64,000 nt of DNA from Candidatus Fermentibacteraceae bacterium (GTDB lineage: Bacteria > Fermentibacterota > Fermentibacteria > Fermentibacterales > JCC-6), in assembly GCA_041750285.1 (NCBI GenBank), contig JBGSZS010000004.1, positions 160,001 to 224,000 on the forward strand. The letters run 5' to 3'. How positions within the stretch are numbered: position 1 is the stretch's first letter; every line of letters begins with the position of its first letter. The position numbers and the translations under genes are program-made. The notes below the pieces were generated by a model that made no database searches, was not told the origin of the DNA, and saw only the letters and a list, made by a program, of their open reading frames with translations. Positions 9,772-18,373 of the stretch are shown here, piece by piece.

Positions 9772-10628
9772 TCCCCTATTTCCGCCAGGGCCTTGACCAT
9801 CAGATCGAACATGTCGCCTTCAACCTCGAGAACGAACCAGGTCGCGTAGGTGTGACGCTGGACCTCGCCCACCACCCTGCCCCTTATCTCGCTTTCGACC
9901 ATCGCGAGCCTCGGCGTTCCGCCGTCGGTGATCTCACGGATACCCGAACCGGGAATGAACATCTCGCGGGCCTCTATGTCCAAAGGATCGTTCCGGTGGG
10001 CGAACCACCGGGAAAGGTTCACGAAACCCCCGACGGAGATGCTGGATTGGCCCGGGTAGAATACGTCTATCTTGACGTTGTCGCCGTCCCGCTTTTTCTT
10101 GGAGTCGAATATCCCGGCCCGGTTCTTGCCGTCTTTTTTGGCCTGCAGGAGAGCCATGTCGGCGCTGACGAGGATCTCCTCGCCGGAAACGACCTCGGTG
10201 GATGCCACCCCGAGTGAGACCGTGACATGCAGGGGATCGCCCCCCGCAATGACAAGAGGGGTCCTGGCGACCTTGTCACAGAGCCTTTCGGCAGTGCAGA
10301 GGCCCTCGCTCGAGATGGTGTTGGGAAGCAGCACGGTTATCTCCTCCCCCCCGTAGCGGTAGGCGTCGCCACGGTGCCTCACCGACGAGCGGATGAGCGA
10401 GGCAACGTGCCGAAGCACCTTGTCCCCGACGTCATGACCGTGCTTGTCGTTGAATATCTTGAAGTTGTCGATGTCCACCATGATGACGGAAAGGGGCAGG
10501 CCGTCGGGGCCGAGACGGCGAAGGATCTCCGGAAGGTCCCTGTCGAGGTGTCCCCGCTGTGGAAGTCCGGTCACAGCATCGAGATCTTCCGTCCTGGGAA
10601 ACTTGAAAACCGCCTTTTCATCTCCCAT
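9768..10628 (-). CDS. Diguanylate cyclase (GGDEF domain) with C-terminal extension
   Basis: DAVTGL, DIDNFKIFNDKHGHDVGD, RYGGEEI, AKKDGKNR. Confidence 0.9.
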   Translation of the reverse strand: MGDEKAVFKFPRTEDLDAVTGLPQRGHLDRDLPEILRRLGPDGLPLSVIMVDIDNFKIFNDKHGHDVGDKVLRHVASLIRSSVRHRGDAYRYGGEEITVLLPNTISSEGLCTAERLCDKVARTPLVIAGGDPLHVTVSLGVASTEVVSGEEILVSADMALLQAKKDGKNRAGIFDSKKKRDGDNVKIDVFYPGQSSISVGGFVNLSRWFAHRNDPLDIEAREMFIPGSGIREITDGGTPRLAMVESEIRGRVVGEVQRHTYATWFVLEVEGDMFDLMVKALAEIGE

Positions 10629-10682
10629 GTCATGCCCCTCCGGTTCTGGTTAAGATAATCTCCTTGCGGGCGGGAACAAGCA

Positions 10683-10711
10683 TTGACCTGAAGCCTCGTC
10701 TCGCTTAGTTT
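10683..10711 (+). promoter_or_regulatory. Putative sigma70 promoter of the lipoprotein operon
   Basis: TTGACC-17 nt-TAGTTT ending 34 nt before the TTG start at 10746. Confidence 0.55.
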
Positions 10712-10745
10712 TCCCGGTGTATACGAAGTCACTCAGGGGGGGCGT

Positions 10746-11516
10746 TTGAACAAGGTCATCGGGGTCGCGCTTTTTCTGGCGCTTTCCGTCTCATGCCGCT
10801 GGACAGGCAGCCAGCAGGAGGTGTACGACAGCTACACCCTCATGTCGGCCGCCCTCGATGAATGCCGTTGGGAAGACCTTCACCAGGGCCTCTCCCTTGA
10901 AACGCGTGAACTCCTCGACCTTGCAGCAAAAGCCTTCACGCAGGTCGGAATGCCGATAGACAACCGCGGCGACCTCCTCCTTGCTGAGATCGCCGCCGGG
11001 CACCATCTCTTCGACACCGGCAGGAACGTTCTCGACATCTCCATAAGGGGCGACGAGGCCTTTCTCGAGCCTTCCGGCGGAGAAACCCCCACCTCCATCA
11101 GGTTCGTCCGCGAGAACGGCCGGTGGCGTATGGACCTCACACCCCAGCTTACGGGCATCCTCAACAGGGCGCTGCAGGGCACCGGAACCACCCTGGCGCA
11201 GTTCCTCAGCCCGGCAGCCGCTGAAAGCATTCAACCTGACGCGGGAAGCTGCATGCTGATCGTCAGTAATTCAATCGAAGACGATGACGTCTACTATCTG
11301 TATGTTTCCCCTGCCGTCAGCGAAGACTGGGGACCCGATGTCCTGGGAGACATGGTTCTGCTTCCCGGGGAAGCCTGCACACTCCGCGTATACCCCGACA
11401 CGTACGACATGATGGCGATCGATGCTGAAGACAACACCTATACAAGGTGGGGTGCTGTCGTGAATGAAAGTGGGTACGACTGGGACATCAACCGGTCCGA
11501 CCTGGTTCAACAATGA
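10746..11516 (+). CDS. Lipoprotein: NTF2-like N-domain plus one acidic repeat domain
   Basis: Lipobox LSVSC; FVRENGRWRMD; C-terminal YVSP..WGPDVLG..TYDM..DAEDNTYTRW module. Confidence 0.75.
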   Translation: MNKVIGVALFLALSVSCRWTGSQQEVYDSYTLMSAALDECRWEDLHQGLSLETRELLDLAAKAFTQVGMPIDNRGDLLLAEIAAGHHLFDTGRNVLDISIRGDEAFLEPSGGETPTSIRFVRENGRWRMDLTPQLTGILNRALQGTGTTLAQFLSPAAAESIQPDAGSCMLIVSNSIEDDDVYYLYVSPAVSEDWGPDVLGDMVLLPGEACTLRVYPDTYDMMAIDAEDNTYTRWGAVVNESGYDWDINRSDLVQQ

Positions 11517-11530
11517 AAAAGGAGGTTACC

Positions 11531-12445
11531 GTGAACTGGAAACTCTGGGCAGCTGCGGCGCTTGTCGTTTTCATGGCCGTTGGCTGCGGTGTTAAGAAAA
11601 CCGCTGTCACCATCGAGAACGCTCTCGGCGAGTGGGACATCAAGGAACTGGCCCTGAAGGACGCAGCGGGCGTCGAGACCGTCCTTGAGCCCCTGGCTGC
11701 CGAAGGCACCGTAATCCTGCAGCTTGCAGCCGGCGCCTACACCCTCAGCGCGACCGACTCCGAGGGCTACGAGTACAGCGTAGCCTTCACCGTTGCCGAA
11801 GCACCCATGACCGTACAGGTCGGCTACAACAACTGCCTCAGCTTCGAAGAGACCACAACCGTTGCCGACGGCGTCTACTGGAGCGGCATGGGCGACGGCC
11901 ACATCAAGATCGTGAACACCCTCGGCGACTACGCGATCTACTGGGTGAACATTGTCGAGGCCGGCGGCGACATCTACTGGGATTCCACCGAGTACTGCCA
12001 GAGCATAATCGTCTACGAAGGCGAAGAGCTCAACATCCTTCTCGAGCCGGGCACCTACGACATCCAGATCGAAGATGTCGACGGCGACACCTACACCCGC
12101 TACGCGGTCGAGATCTCCCGCGAGCCCTACGTCTGGGAAGTCTCCCTCGAAGACATGGACGTAGCCACGCCCATGGGCGAGGGCACCGCCCCCGTCACCA
12201 TCATCAACGACCTCGGCAGCTACGACATCTGGTACATCTACTGCGACCTCTCCTCCGAGCCCTGGGGCGATGACGTCCTGGGTTCCGAGATCCTCGCAGC
12301 AGGCGACTCCTACACGTTCTACGTCAACCCCGGCATGTATGACATCAAGTGCGAAGACGTCGACGGCGACACCTACACCCTCTGGGGCGTAGAGATCCCC
12401 GAGACCGGCTACACCTGGAACGTCACACTGGGCGACATGGACTAG
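11531..12445 (+). CDS. Acidic lipoprotein with three repeat domains
   Basis: AAGGAGG then GTG at 11531; lipobox MAVGC; three ~90-aa modules, two with PGxYDI..EDVDGDTYT; strongly C-ending codons. Confidence 0.8.
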   Translation: MNWKLWAAAALVVFMAVGCGVKKTAVTIENALGEWDIKELALKDAAGVETVLEPLAAEGTVILQLAAGAYTLSATDSEGYEYSVAFTVAEAPMTVQVGYNNCLSFEETTTVADGVYWSGMGDGHIKIVNTLGDYAIYWVNIVEAGGDIYWDSTEYCQSIIVYEGEELNILLEPGTYDIQIEDVDGDTYTRYAVEISREPYVWEVSLEDMDVATPMGEGTAPVTIINDLGSYDIWYIYCDLSSEPWGDDVLGSEILAAGDSYTFYVNPGMYDIKCEDVDGDTYTLWGVEIPETGYTWNVTLGDMD

Positions 12446-12456
12446 TCTTTTCCGCG

Positions 12457-12483
12457 AAGGGGGGGCGAAAGCCCCCCCTTTTT
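12457..12483 (+). terminator. Intrinsic terminator inside the lipoprotein operon
   Basis: AAGGGGGGGC-GAAA-GCCCCCCCTTTTT. Confidence 0.85.
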
Positions 12484-12504
12484 CGTTTCACCGAAGGAGA
12501 ACCC

Positions 12505-13128
12505 ATGAAAAAACAGCTCCTGCTCATGTGCGTTCCCCTGATCGCAGCATGCCGCATATCGGTCGGCAACCTTGCCCCGCTCACGGTCATCAACGGGCTT
12601 GGCGGCTGGACCATCCACTACGTCCACACGAGCCGCGCCGACACCAAGGGCTGGGGCGACGACCTTCTCGGCCCGAGCGAGATCATCCGCCCGGGGGCGA
12701 ACAGGGTGTTCTCCCTCCCCCCCGGAACCTGGGACATACGGATCACCGACGACGAGGGCGACACCTACACAAGGAGGGACATCGTCATCCCCGCTGAGGG
12801 ATACACCTGGGAGGTCACCCTGAACGACATCGATTCGGGGTTTCCCGACATTACCGGGAACTGCCCCGTGACATTCCTGAACTCGCTTGACACACAGGCC
12901 GACTCCATCTGGATCTCCCCCTCCGACTACGGCTACTGGGGCACGAGCCACACGGGAGGGCAGAGCCTCCAACCCGGCGGGGAACTGGTGGTGTGGGTCG
13001 CCCCGGGCGGGTACGACATGATGGCCTCCGATGGAATGGGCAACTCTTATGCCGTGTATAATTGCCGTGTCACTGAGAGCGGGTTCTTCTGGGAGATCAC
13101 GGAAGACTATCTGGAAAGGCAGAGATGA
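12505..13128 (+). CDS. Lipoprotein with two repeat domains
   Basis: AAGGAG then ATG at 12505; lipobox IAAC; WGDDLLG..PGTWDI..DDEGDTYTRR plus a second copy. Confidence 0.8.
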   Translation: MKKQLLLMCVPLIAACRISVGNLAPLTVINGLGGWTIHYVHTSRADTKGWGDDLLGPSEIIRPGANRVFSLPPGTWDIRITDDEGDTYTRRDIVIPAEGYTWEVTLNDIDSGFPDITGNCPVTFLNSLDTQADSIWISPSDYGYWGTSHTGGQSLQPGGELVVWVAPGGYDMMASDGMGNSYAVYNCRVTESGFFWEITEDYLERQR

Positions 13129-13445
13129 AAAGGCAGGCATTGCTCGTCGCACTGGCCCTGACGGCCGTCGCTGGATGCACGGCGCGGAAGGTGCCCGTAA
13201 CCATCGCCAACGATCTTGGAGCCTGGGACATCACCGAGCTGTACATCGACCCCACCGGCCAGCCCTGGACTGAAAACCTCATCACCGCCACGGTAGTGCC
13301 CGGCGACAGCGTGACCCTGAGCATCCAACCCGGCACCTTCGACATCCGCTGCGTCGATGAGGACGGCGACACCTATACAAGGCGCGAGGTCGTCATCGGC
13401 GGCGAGGGCTACGTCTGGAACGTCACACTCGCCCACATGGACTGA
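13125..13445 (+). CDS. Lipoprotein consisting of a single repeat domain
   Basis: Lipobox VAGC; TIANDLGAWDI..PGTFDI..DEDGDTYTRR..WNVTL. Confidence 0.8.
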   Translation: MKRQALLVALALTAVAGCTARKVPVTIANDLGAWDITELYIDPTGQPWTENLITATVVPGDSVTLSIQPGTFDIRCVDEDGDTYTRREVVIGGEGYVWNVTLAHMD

Positions 13446-13458
13446 AAAAGGAGGAGCA

Positions 13459-14073
13459 ATGAGACATCCCGGGATACCCCTGATCGCGGCCCTTCTCCTC
13501 CTTGCCTGCTGCGGAGCGCAAAAAGCGCCGGTTGGCATCGTGAACAGGCTCGATGTCGAGTTCATAATCGCTGTTCAGACAAGGACCCCCGGCGGTGAGT
13601 GGAGCGCCAACCAGATAGCAGGCTCACTCAGACCCGGTGAATCCCGGAGCTTCATGGCCTCTCCGGGCAGCATCGAGATCATGGCCACCGACAACCTTGG
13701 AAAGACCTACACCCTCGGAGACGCGACCCTTTCGGAAGAGGGCATCGTCTGGGAGGTAACCCCCGACACCAGGGCGGCAGTAAACAGCCCATGGGCGGGC
13801 GACTGCGCTGTAACCATAACCAACGACCTGGGGGCATGGACGATCACACGGGTCCTGTGTTCACCCTCCGACGCAAGCGAATGGGGCGACAACTGGATAA
13901 GCTCACCCATCCCCCCGTCGGGATCGGTGACCATCAACGTGAAGCCCGGCACCTACGACTTGAGGGTGGAGGACAACGACGGCGACACCTACACAAGGTG
14001 GGAAGTCGGGATAACAGGATCGGGCTTCACATGGAGCCCCACCCTGGAGGACTTGGACGCCTCAGGGGGTTGA
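13459..14073 (+). CDS. Lipoprotein with two repeat domains
   Basis: AAGGAGG then ATG at 13459; lipobox LLACC; second copy TITNDLGAWTI..WGDNW..PGTYDL..DNDGDTYTRW. Confidence 0.8.
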   Translation: MRHPGIPLIAALLLLACCGAQKAPVGIVNRLDVEFIIAVQTRTPGGEWSANQIAGSLRPGESRSFMASPGSIEIMATDNLGKTYTLGDATLSEEGIVWEVTPDTRAAVNSPWAGDCAVTITNDLGAWTITRVLCSPSDASEWGDNWISSPIPPSGSVTINVKPGTYDLRVEDNDGDTYTRWEVGITGSGFTWSPTLEDLDASGG

Positions 14074-14919
14074 GGGGGCTGATACCGGGGGCGGCGCCCC
14101 CGACAGCGGCAGACGGACCGTCATGACGGTTCCCTGCCCCTCGACGCTCGAAACATCGATGGTGCCCCCGTGCACCTCCACTATCTGCTGCACCAGAGAA
14201 AGCCCGAGCCCCAGCCCCCCGTCGGGGTTGCGGCGGGCCTGCTTCCCCCTGAAAAGAAGCCCGAACACGTGTGGCAGGTCTTCGGCCGGTATGCCCACCC
14301 CTGTATCCGAAACGGTCACCACGGCAAAGCCCGGATCTACGGCAAGCGCCATGTGAACCGAACCACCGGGTCTGTTGTACTTGAAGGCGTTCACGCACAG
14401 GTTCTGAAAGACGCGGCGGAGGTGGCTCTCCACCCCCGCGACAGGAACCTTCCCCGAAGGCACCGAGAGGGAGAACCCCACCCCGCCCTCGACCATCATC
14501 GGGAACAGAAGATGGTGGACCCCCTCCACCACGACCTGCAGGTCAACCGGCACGAAGCACAGAAAAGGGTGCGAAGCAAGGCTTCCAAGCTCGAGAATGT
14601 CGTTCACCAAAGGAACCAGCTCATCCGCCCTGCGGCGGGCACGCCCCACAAGGTCGAGCGCCTTCACGTGATCAGAAGCGTACCCCTCCTCCACAGTGCG
14701 CAAAAGTGAGGAAAGGGCCGTAATGGGACTCTTCAGCTCGTGCCCCAGAATACGGAGCACCTCGCCCGCGGTTGGCTCCTCCGAATCCAGAACACCGTCG
14801 AGAAGCTCCTTCACACGCACTATCTCCGAACGGACCGTCTCACCGCACTGCCCGTCCAGAAGAGCGCTTTCAAGAAGCGTGCGTGCTTCCTCGAGAAGCT
14901 TCCAGGGGTCGGCTTTCAT
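14062..14919 (-). CDS. Orphan cytoplasmic histidine kinase (HisKA + HATPase)
   Basis: H box HELKSPI, N box NLCVNAFKY, DTGVGI, GLGLGL; no TM or sensor domain. Confidence 0.9.
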   Translation of the reverse strand: MKADPWKLLEEARTLLESALLDGQCGETVRSEIVRVKELLDGVLDSEEPTAGEVLRILGHELKSPITALSSLLRTVEEGYASDHVKALDLVGRARRRADELVPLVNDILELGSLASHPFLCFVPVDLQVVVEGVHHLLFPMMVEGGVGFSLSVPSGKVPVAGVESHLRRVFQNLCVNAFKYNRPGGSVHMALAVDPGFAVVTVSDTGVGIPAEDLPHVFGLLFRGKQARRNPDGGLGLGLSLVQQIVEVHGGTIDVSSVEGQGTVMTVRLPLSGAPPPVSAPSTP

Positions 14920-15046
14920 TCACATCCTTCCTGACGGGCACAGGGATGACTGGTTTCTGCAAATTGGCTTTTCTGCCGGTTTTCAAAGATAATCATAATG
15001 CGTCTGCAGAACAGCAAAGAACGCAGGTCCGCAACGGAGGCGCTGA

Positions 15047-17392
15047 ATGCCCGGTCACGTATACCATCGTGAAGTCACCATCATCGGGGGAACCTTCTCG
15101 GGGAACAAGGGCGCCGCAGGAATGCTCGAGGCGGCCATCGGTTCCCTCGGAGAACGTCTGCCGGAACCTGCCCTGTACAACGTTCTTTCCATATACCCAA
15201 AGGCAGACCGCGGCAAAACTCTGGCGGACGATGTCAACCTGATCGGAGTTACGCCTCCGGTCCTGGTCTTTGTGCTGCCTCCCCTTGCGCTGCTCTACGG
15301 GGTTCTGAAGCGCTTGCATCTTCCCCGGAAGTTCATGCTGAAGTTCAAACCGCTCAAAGCCATTGCCCGGGCGGATCTGGTACTGGACGTCAGCGGCATC
15401 TCATACGCCGATGACCGTGGTCTCACACTCCTTTACAATCTCGCCTGCAACTTGCCCGCCCTTTTCGCGGGAACTCCACAGATAAAGCTTTCCCAGGCTC
15501 TCGGTCCATTCAGAACACCTCTCAACAGGCTTGCGGCAAGGCTTGTCCTTCCAAGGATCAGTCGAATCTTCGCCAGGGGCGCGCAGACCGCCCGTTTTCT
15601 GGAGGAGGCCGGCCTGAACAACTGGGAGGAAGCGGATGATCTTGCCTTCCTTCTCGGAGACGCGCGCGAAGTTCGACTGCAGAGTTTCTCAAGCCTTTCT
15701 TTCCTCGACGAACCGGGTATCAGGATTGTGGGAATTTCTCCGAGTCAGGTCGTGGACAACTACATGAGGGCCGGTGGACGGAGCTTGACTGAGCAGCTCG
15801 TTCCGGTCCTCACGGATCTTCTGACCGACCCGTGCGTCAGGGTGGTGATCCTGGCTCACAGCATGCTGGCACCCGAAAAAAAGTCGAAGAACAACGACTA
15901 TCACATCGCCGTTGAACTGGGGGCCGCAATGGGTCCCAACCCGCGGGTGTCGGTGATCCTCGATGACCTTTCAGCGGTTGAACTGCGGGCTGTCATCGGG
16001 TGTTGTGAGGCTTTCATCGCCTGCCGCTTCCACAGCATGGTTTCCGCCCTGTGCGCCGGTACACCTGTGATAGTTGTGGGATGGTCCCACAAGTACCATG
16101 AGGTGATGGGGCGTTTCGGCCTGGAAAGGTATGTGATCGACCACACCACTCTGAATCCCGGCGGTCTTTCCGGAATGGTCCACCGCCTGCTCCACGAGAA
16201 GGACACCGTACGAGCCTCAATTCTGGAAGCGCTTCCATCGGTCGTGAACTCCGCCGGGAGGAACATCGACTTCGCGGCGGAGCGCCTTGCATGCCCCGGG
16301 ATAAGTGCGGGAACGGGAAAGACCGCCGCAAGGCTGTACCGGAAGTTCTTCGAAGGCGTATGGAAAGGCGCGTGGCTGGGCTACTCCGCCAGACCTGACA
16401 TAAGGGAGGGCGCCGCGTCGGGTGGGGCGGTTAGCTCCCTTCTGATCAGCATGATCGAAAGCGGCAGGATACAGGGCGCCATAGTGGCAAGAAGCGTCGT
16501 GAAGGATGGAAGCCTCGGGTTCGAAACTTTCCCTGCCACCACGGAACGGGACATCCTTTCCTCGATGACCAGCATCTACAGCGATTTCAACCACACCTCG
16601 GAAATGATCGGCCTGGTAAGGCAAAGTACGGGGAAACTTGCAGTGGTGGGCCTGCCCTGCCAGATCTCCGCCCTGGAATCCTTCCTCGAAAACAACCCCG
16701 ATCACAGGGAAAAGGTGTTCTGCAAAGTAGCGCTGTGGTGCGGGCACGCCACTGAAAGGAAGCTCATCGATGACTTTCTTGCCATCAAGGGCATCGACCT
16801 GAACAAGGCTGAAAAGCTTTTCTATAGAAGAGGCTTGTGGCGGGGCAGGACTGAAGTGCTCATGAAAACCGGAGAAACCGTTTCATTCCCCTTCAGCTCC
16901 GGTTACGGCCTTTACCAGAACCTCTACGTAGACTGCTGCCGCAGGTGCCTGTCCTGTCCGGACCACTTCGGAAGCCGTTCGGACATCAGCTTCGGGGACG
17001 CGTGGCTTTCGGAACTGAAAAAGGGGCGAATCAAGTACTCGATGGCCCTTGCGCACACCGACAAGGGAAAAGACCTGATGAACGAGGCAAAGGGAGGAAG
17101 CATGCTGAAGCTCTTTGATTGCGACCTTCTTCTGCCCCTGAAAGCCCAGAAAAGAGCGGTGATCTGGCATACCCACAACGCCGCGGCCCGTTCAGCAATC
17201 GCGCCGCTTTTCGGACTGCGGCTGGCCGGCATTCCCGGTTTGAAACCCCGGATAAGGGACTACCCCGCCGCCTTCATCATCCTTCTTTTCGTCAGGTGGT
17301 CCGGATCGCGGATGCGCCCTCTTCTGTTCCGAACCCCCGGGCCGCTTCTGAAGCTTGTCATGCTGGTCCAGAAGTTCTTCCTGAACAGCTGA
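15047..17392 (+). CDS. Fusion of polysaccharide pyruvyltransferase (WcaK-like) and FrhB/FdhB-like domain
   Basis: N-half GNKGAAGM, SQALGPF, CRFHSMVSAL..WSHKY; C-half AASGGAVSSLL, VGLPCQI, LWCGH, CLSCPDHF..DISFGDAW. Confidence 0.85.
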   Translation: MPGHVYHREVTIIGGTFSGNKGAAGMLEAAIGSLGERLPEPALYNVLSIYPKADRGKTLADDVNLIGVTPPVLVFVLPPLALLYGVLKRLHLPRKFMLKFKPLKAIARADLVLDVSGISYADDRGLTLLYNLACNLPALFAGTPQIKLSQALGPFRTPLNRLAARLVLPRISRIFARGAQTARFLEEAGLNNWEEADDLAFLLGDAREVRLQSFSSLSFLDEPGIRIVGISPSQVVDNYMRAGGRSLTEQLVPVLTDLLTDPCVRVVILAHSMLAPEKKSKNNDYHIAVELGAAMGPNPRVSVILDDLSAVELRAVIGCCEAFIACRFHSMVSALCAGTPVIVVGWSHKYHEVMGRFGLERYVIDHTTLNPGGLSGMVHRLLHEKDTVRASILEALPSVVNSAGRNIDFAAERLACPGISAGTGKTAARLYRKFFEGVWKGAWLGYSARPDIREGAASGGAVSSLLISMIESGRIQGAIVARSVVKDGSLGFETFPATTERDILSSMTSIYSDFNHTSEMIGLVRQSTGKLAVVGLPCQISALESFLENNPDHREKVFCKVALWCGHATERKLIDDFLAIKGIDLNKAEKLFYRRGLWRGRTEVLMKTGETVSFPFSSGYGLYQNLYVDCCRRCLSCPDHFGSRSDISFGDAWLSELKKGRIKYSMALAHTDKGKDLMNEAKGGSMLKLFDCDLLLPLKAQKRAVIWHTHNAAARSAIAPLFGLRLAGIPGLKPRIRDYPAAFIILLFVRWSGSRMRPLLFRTPGPLLKLVMLVQKFFLNS

Positions 17393-17395
17393 AGA

Positions 17396-18307
17396 ATGAC
17401 AAGGAAGAACGTCTACCGTCTGGTGCTTTCCCTGCTGGCAACCGGTGGGGTGGCATACCTGGTAGTGAACAGCTACAACGAGATCAGCCGGTTCCGGTTC
17501 ACCTACAACTGGCCGATGCTTGTCGTCGCGTTCTTCCTGGAGGTCCTGGCATACCTCTGCAGGTTCAGGATATGGCTTGGGATAACCGACGAACTCGATC
17601 TGAAGACGTCAAAACTCGCCGCTGCAAGAGGTTACTTCCTCTCCACCCTCGGCAAGTACATCCCGGGAAATGTGGGCCTTTTCCTCGCCAGGGTCGAGGC
17701 GTACAGGGGGTATTCCCGAAGCAGGGTGGCGGTTGCCGCGATCGTCGAGTATGTGGCCACGATCGCATCATCATGTCTTCTGGTGGTGATTGGGCTTGCG
17801 GCGGCGCCCTTTTCCGTTCCGCCGGGCATCAGGCTTGGCGCTGGCGCGCTGGCCGTCGTTCTTCTCATTTCCCTTCACCAGCGTTTCCTCCTCGGGCTGA
17901 TCAACAGGGTGCTCAGCCTGGCAAAGAGAAAACCGGTCCGGAGTTTCCCGTCCTGGTCGATGCAGGTCCGGTTCGTGCTTGCATTCATTCTTGTAGGCCT
18001 TCTTCAGGGAATGGCCATGTTCGTCGTGCTGAATGCGCTCCACCCGACTAGTTTTGACAACTACCTCGCCATAACGGGTGCCTACTACGCCGCGGGACTC
18101 ATAGGGCTTGCCATTGTCTTCGCACCCAGCGGCATCGGCGTGAGGGAGGGCGTTCTCATGCTTATCCTGCCCTCGATGGTACCGCGCCCGGTCGCAATCG
18201 TTTCGACTGTTCTGATACGCCTGGTAGCCACCTCGGGAGAGCTGGTGCTTGCGGGATTGTTCTCGCTCAAAAGGCGCAACAAGGCAGCGGGAAGTGCTGA
18301 TTCCTGA
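17396..18307 (+). CDS. Flippase-like membrane protein (lysylphosphatidylglycerol synthase TM/UPF0104 family)
   Basis: Multi-pass membrane protein with LGKYIPG and PSGIGVREG. Confidence 0.85.
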   Translation: MTRKNVYRLVLSLLATGGVAYLVVNSYNEISRFRFTYNWPMLVVAFFLEVLAYLCRFRIWLGITDELDLKTSKLAAARGYFLSTLGKYIPGNVGLFLARVEAYRGYSRSRVAVAAIVEYVATIASSCLLVVIGLAAAPFSVPPGIRLGAGALAVVLLISLHQRFLLGLINRVLSLAKRKPVRSFPSWSMQVRFVLAFILVGLLQGMAMFVVLNALHPTSFDNYLAITGAYYAAGLIGLAIVFAPSGIGVREGVLMLILPSMVPRPVAIVSTVLIRLVATSGELVLAGLFSLKRRNKAAGSADS

Positions 18308-18373
18308 TGTTTGTGCGGGAAGCGGACGCAGGCAATATTACATCAAAGGCATGCATCAAACCGGGAGACACAA

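Noticed and set aside
12070..14000. Recurring GACGGCGACACCTACAC as a CRISPR or DGR repeat
   Set aside because: Copies are irregularly spaced, in frame, and encode DGDTY(T). No cas or reverse transcriptase gene is present.
16300..17392. FrhB-like domain as evidence for an F420 hydrogenase or methanogen-type metabolism
   Set aside because: No hydrogenase subunits nearby; the domain is fused to a pyruvyltransferase in a glycan context.
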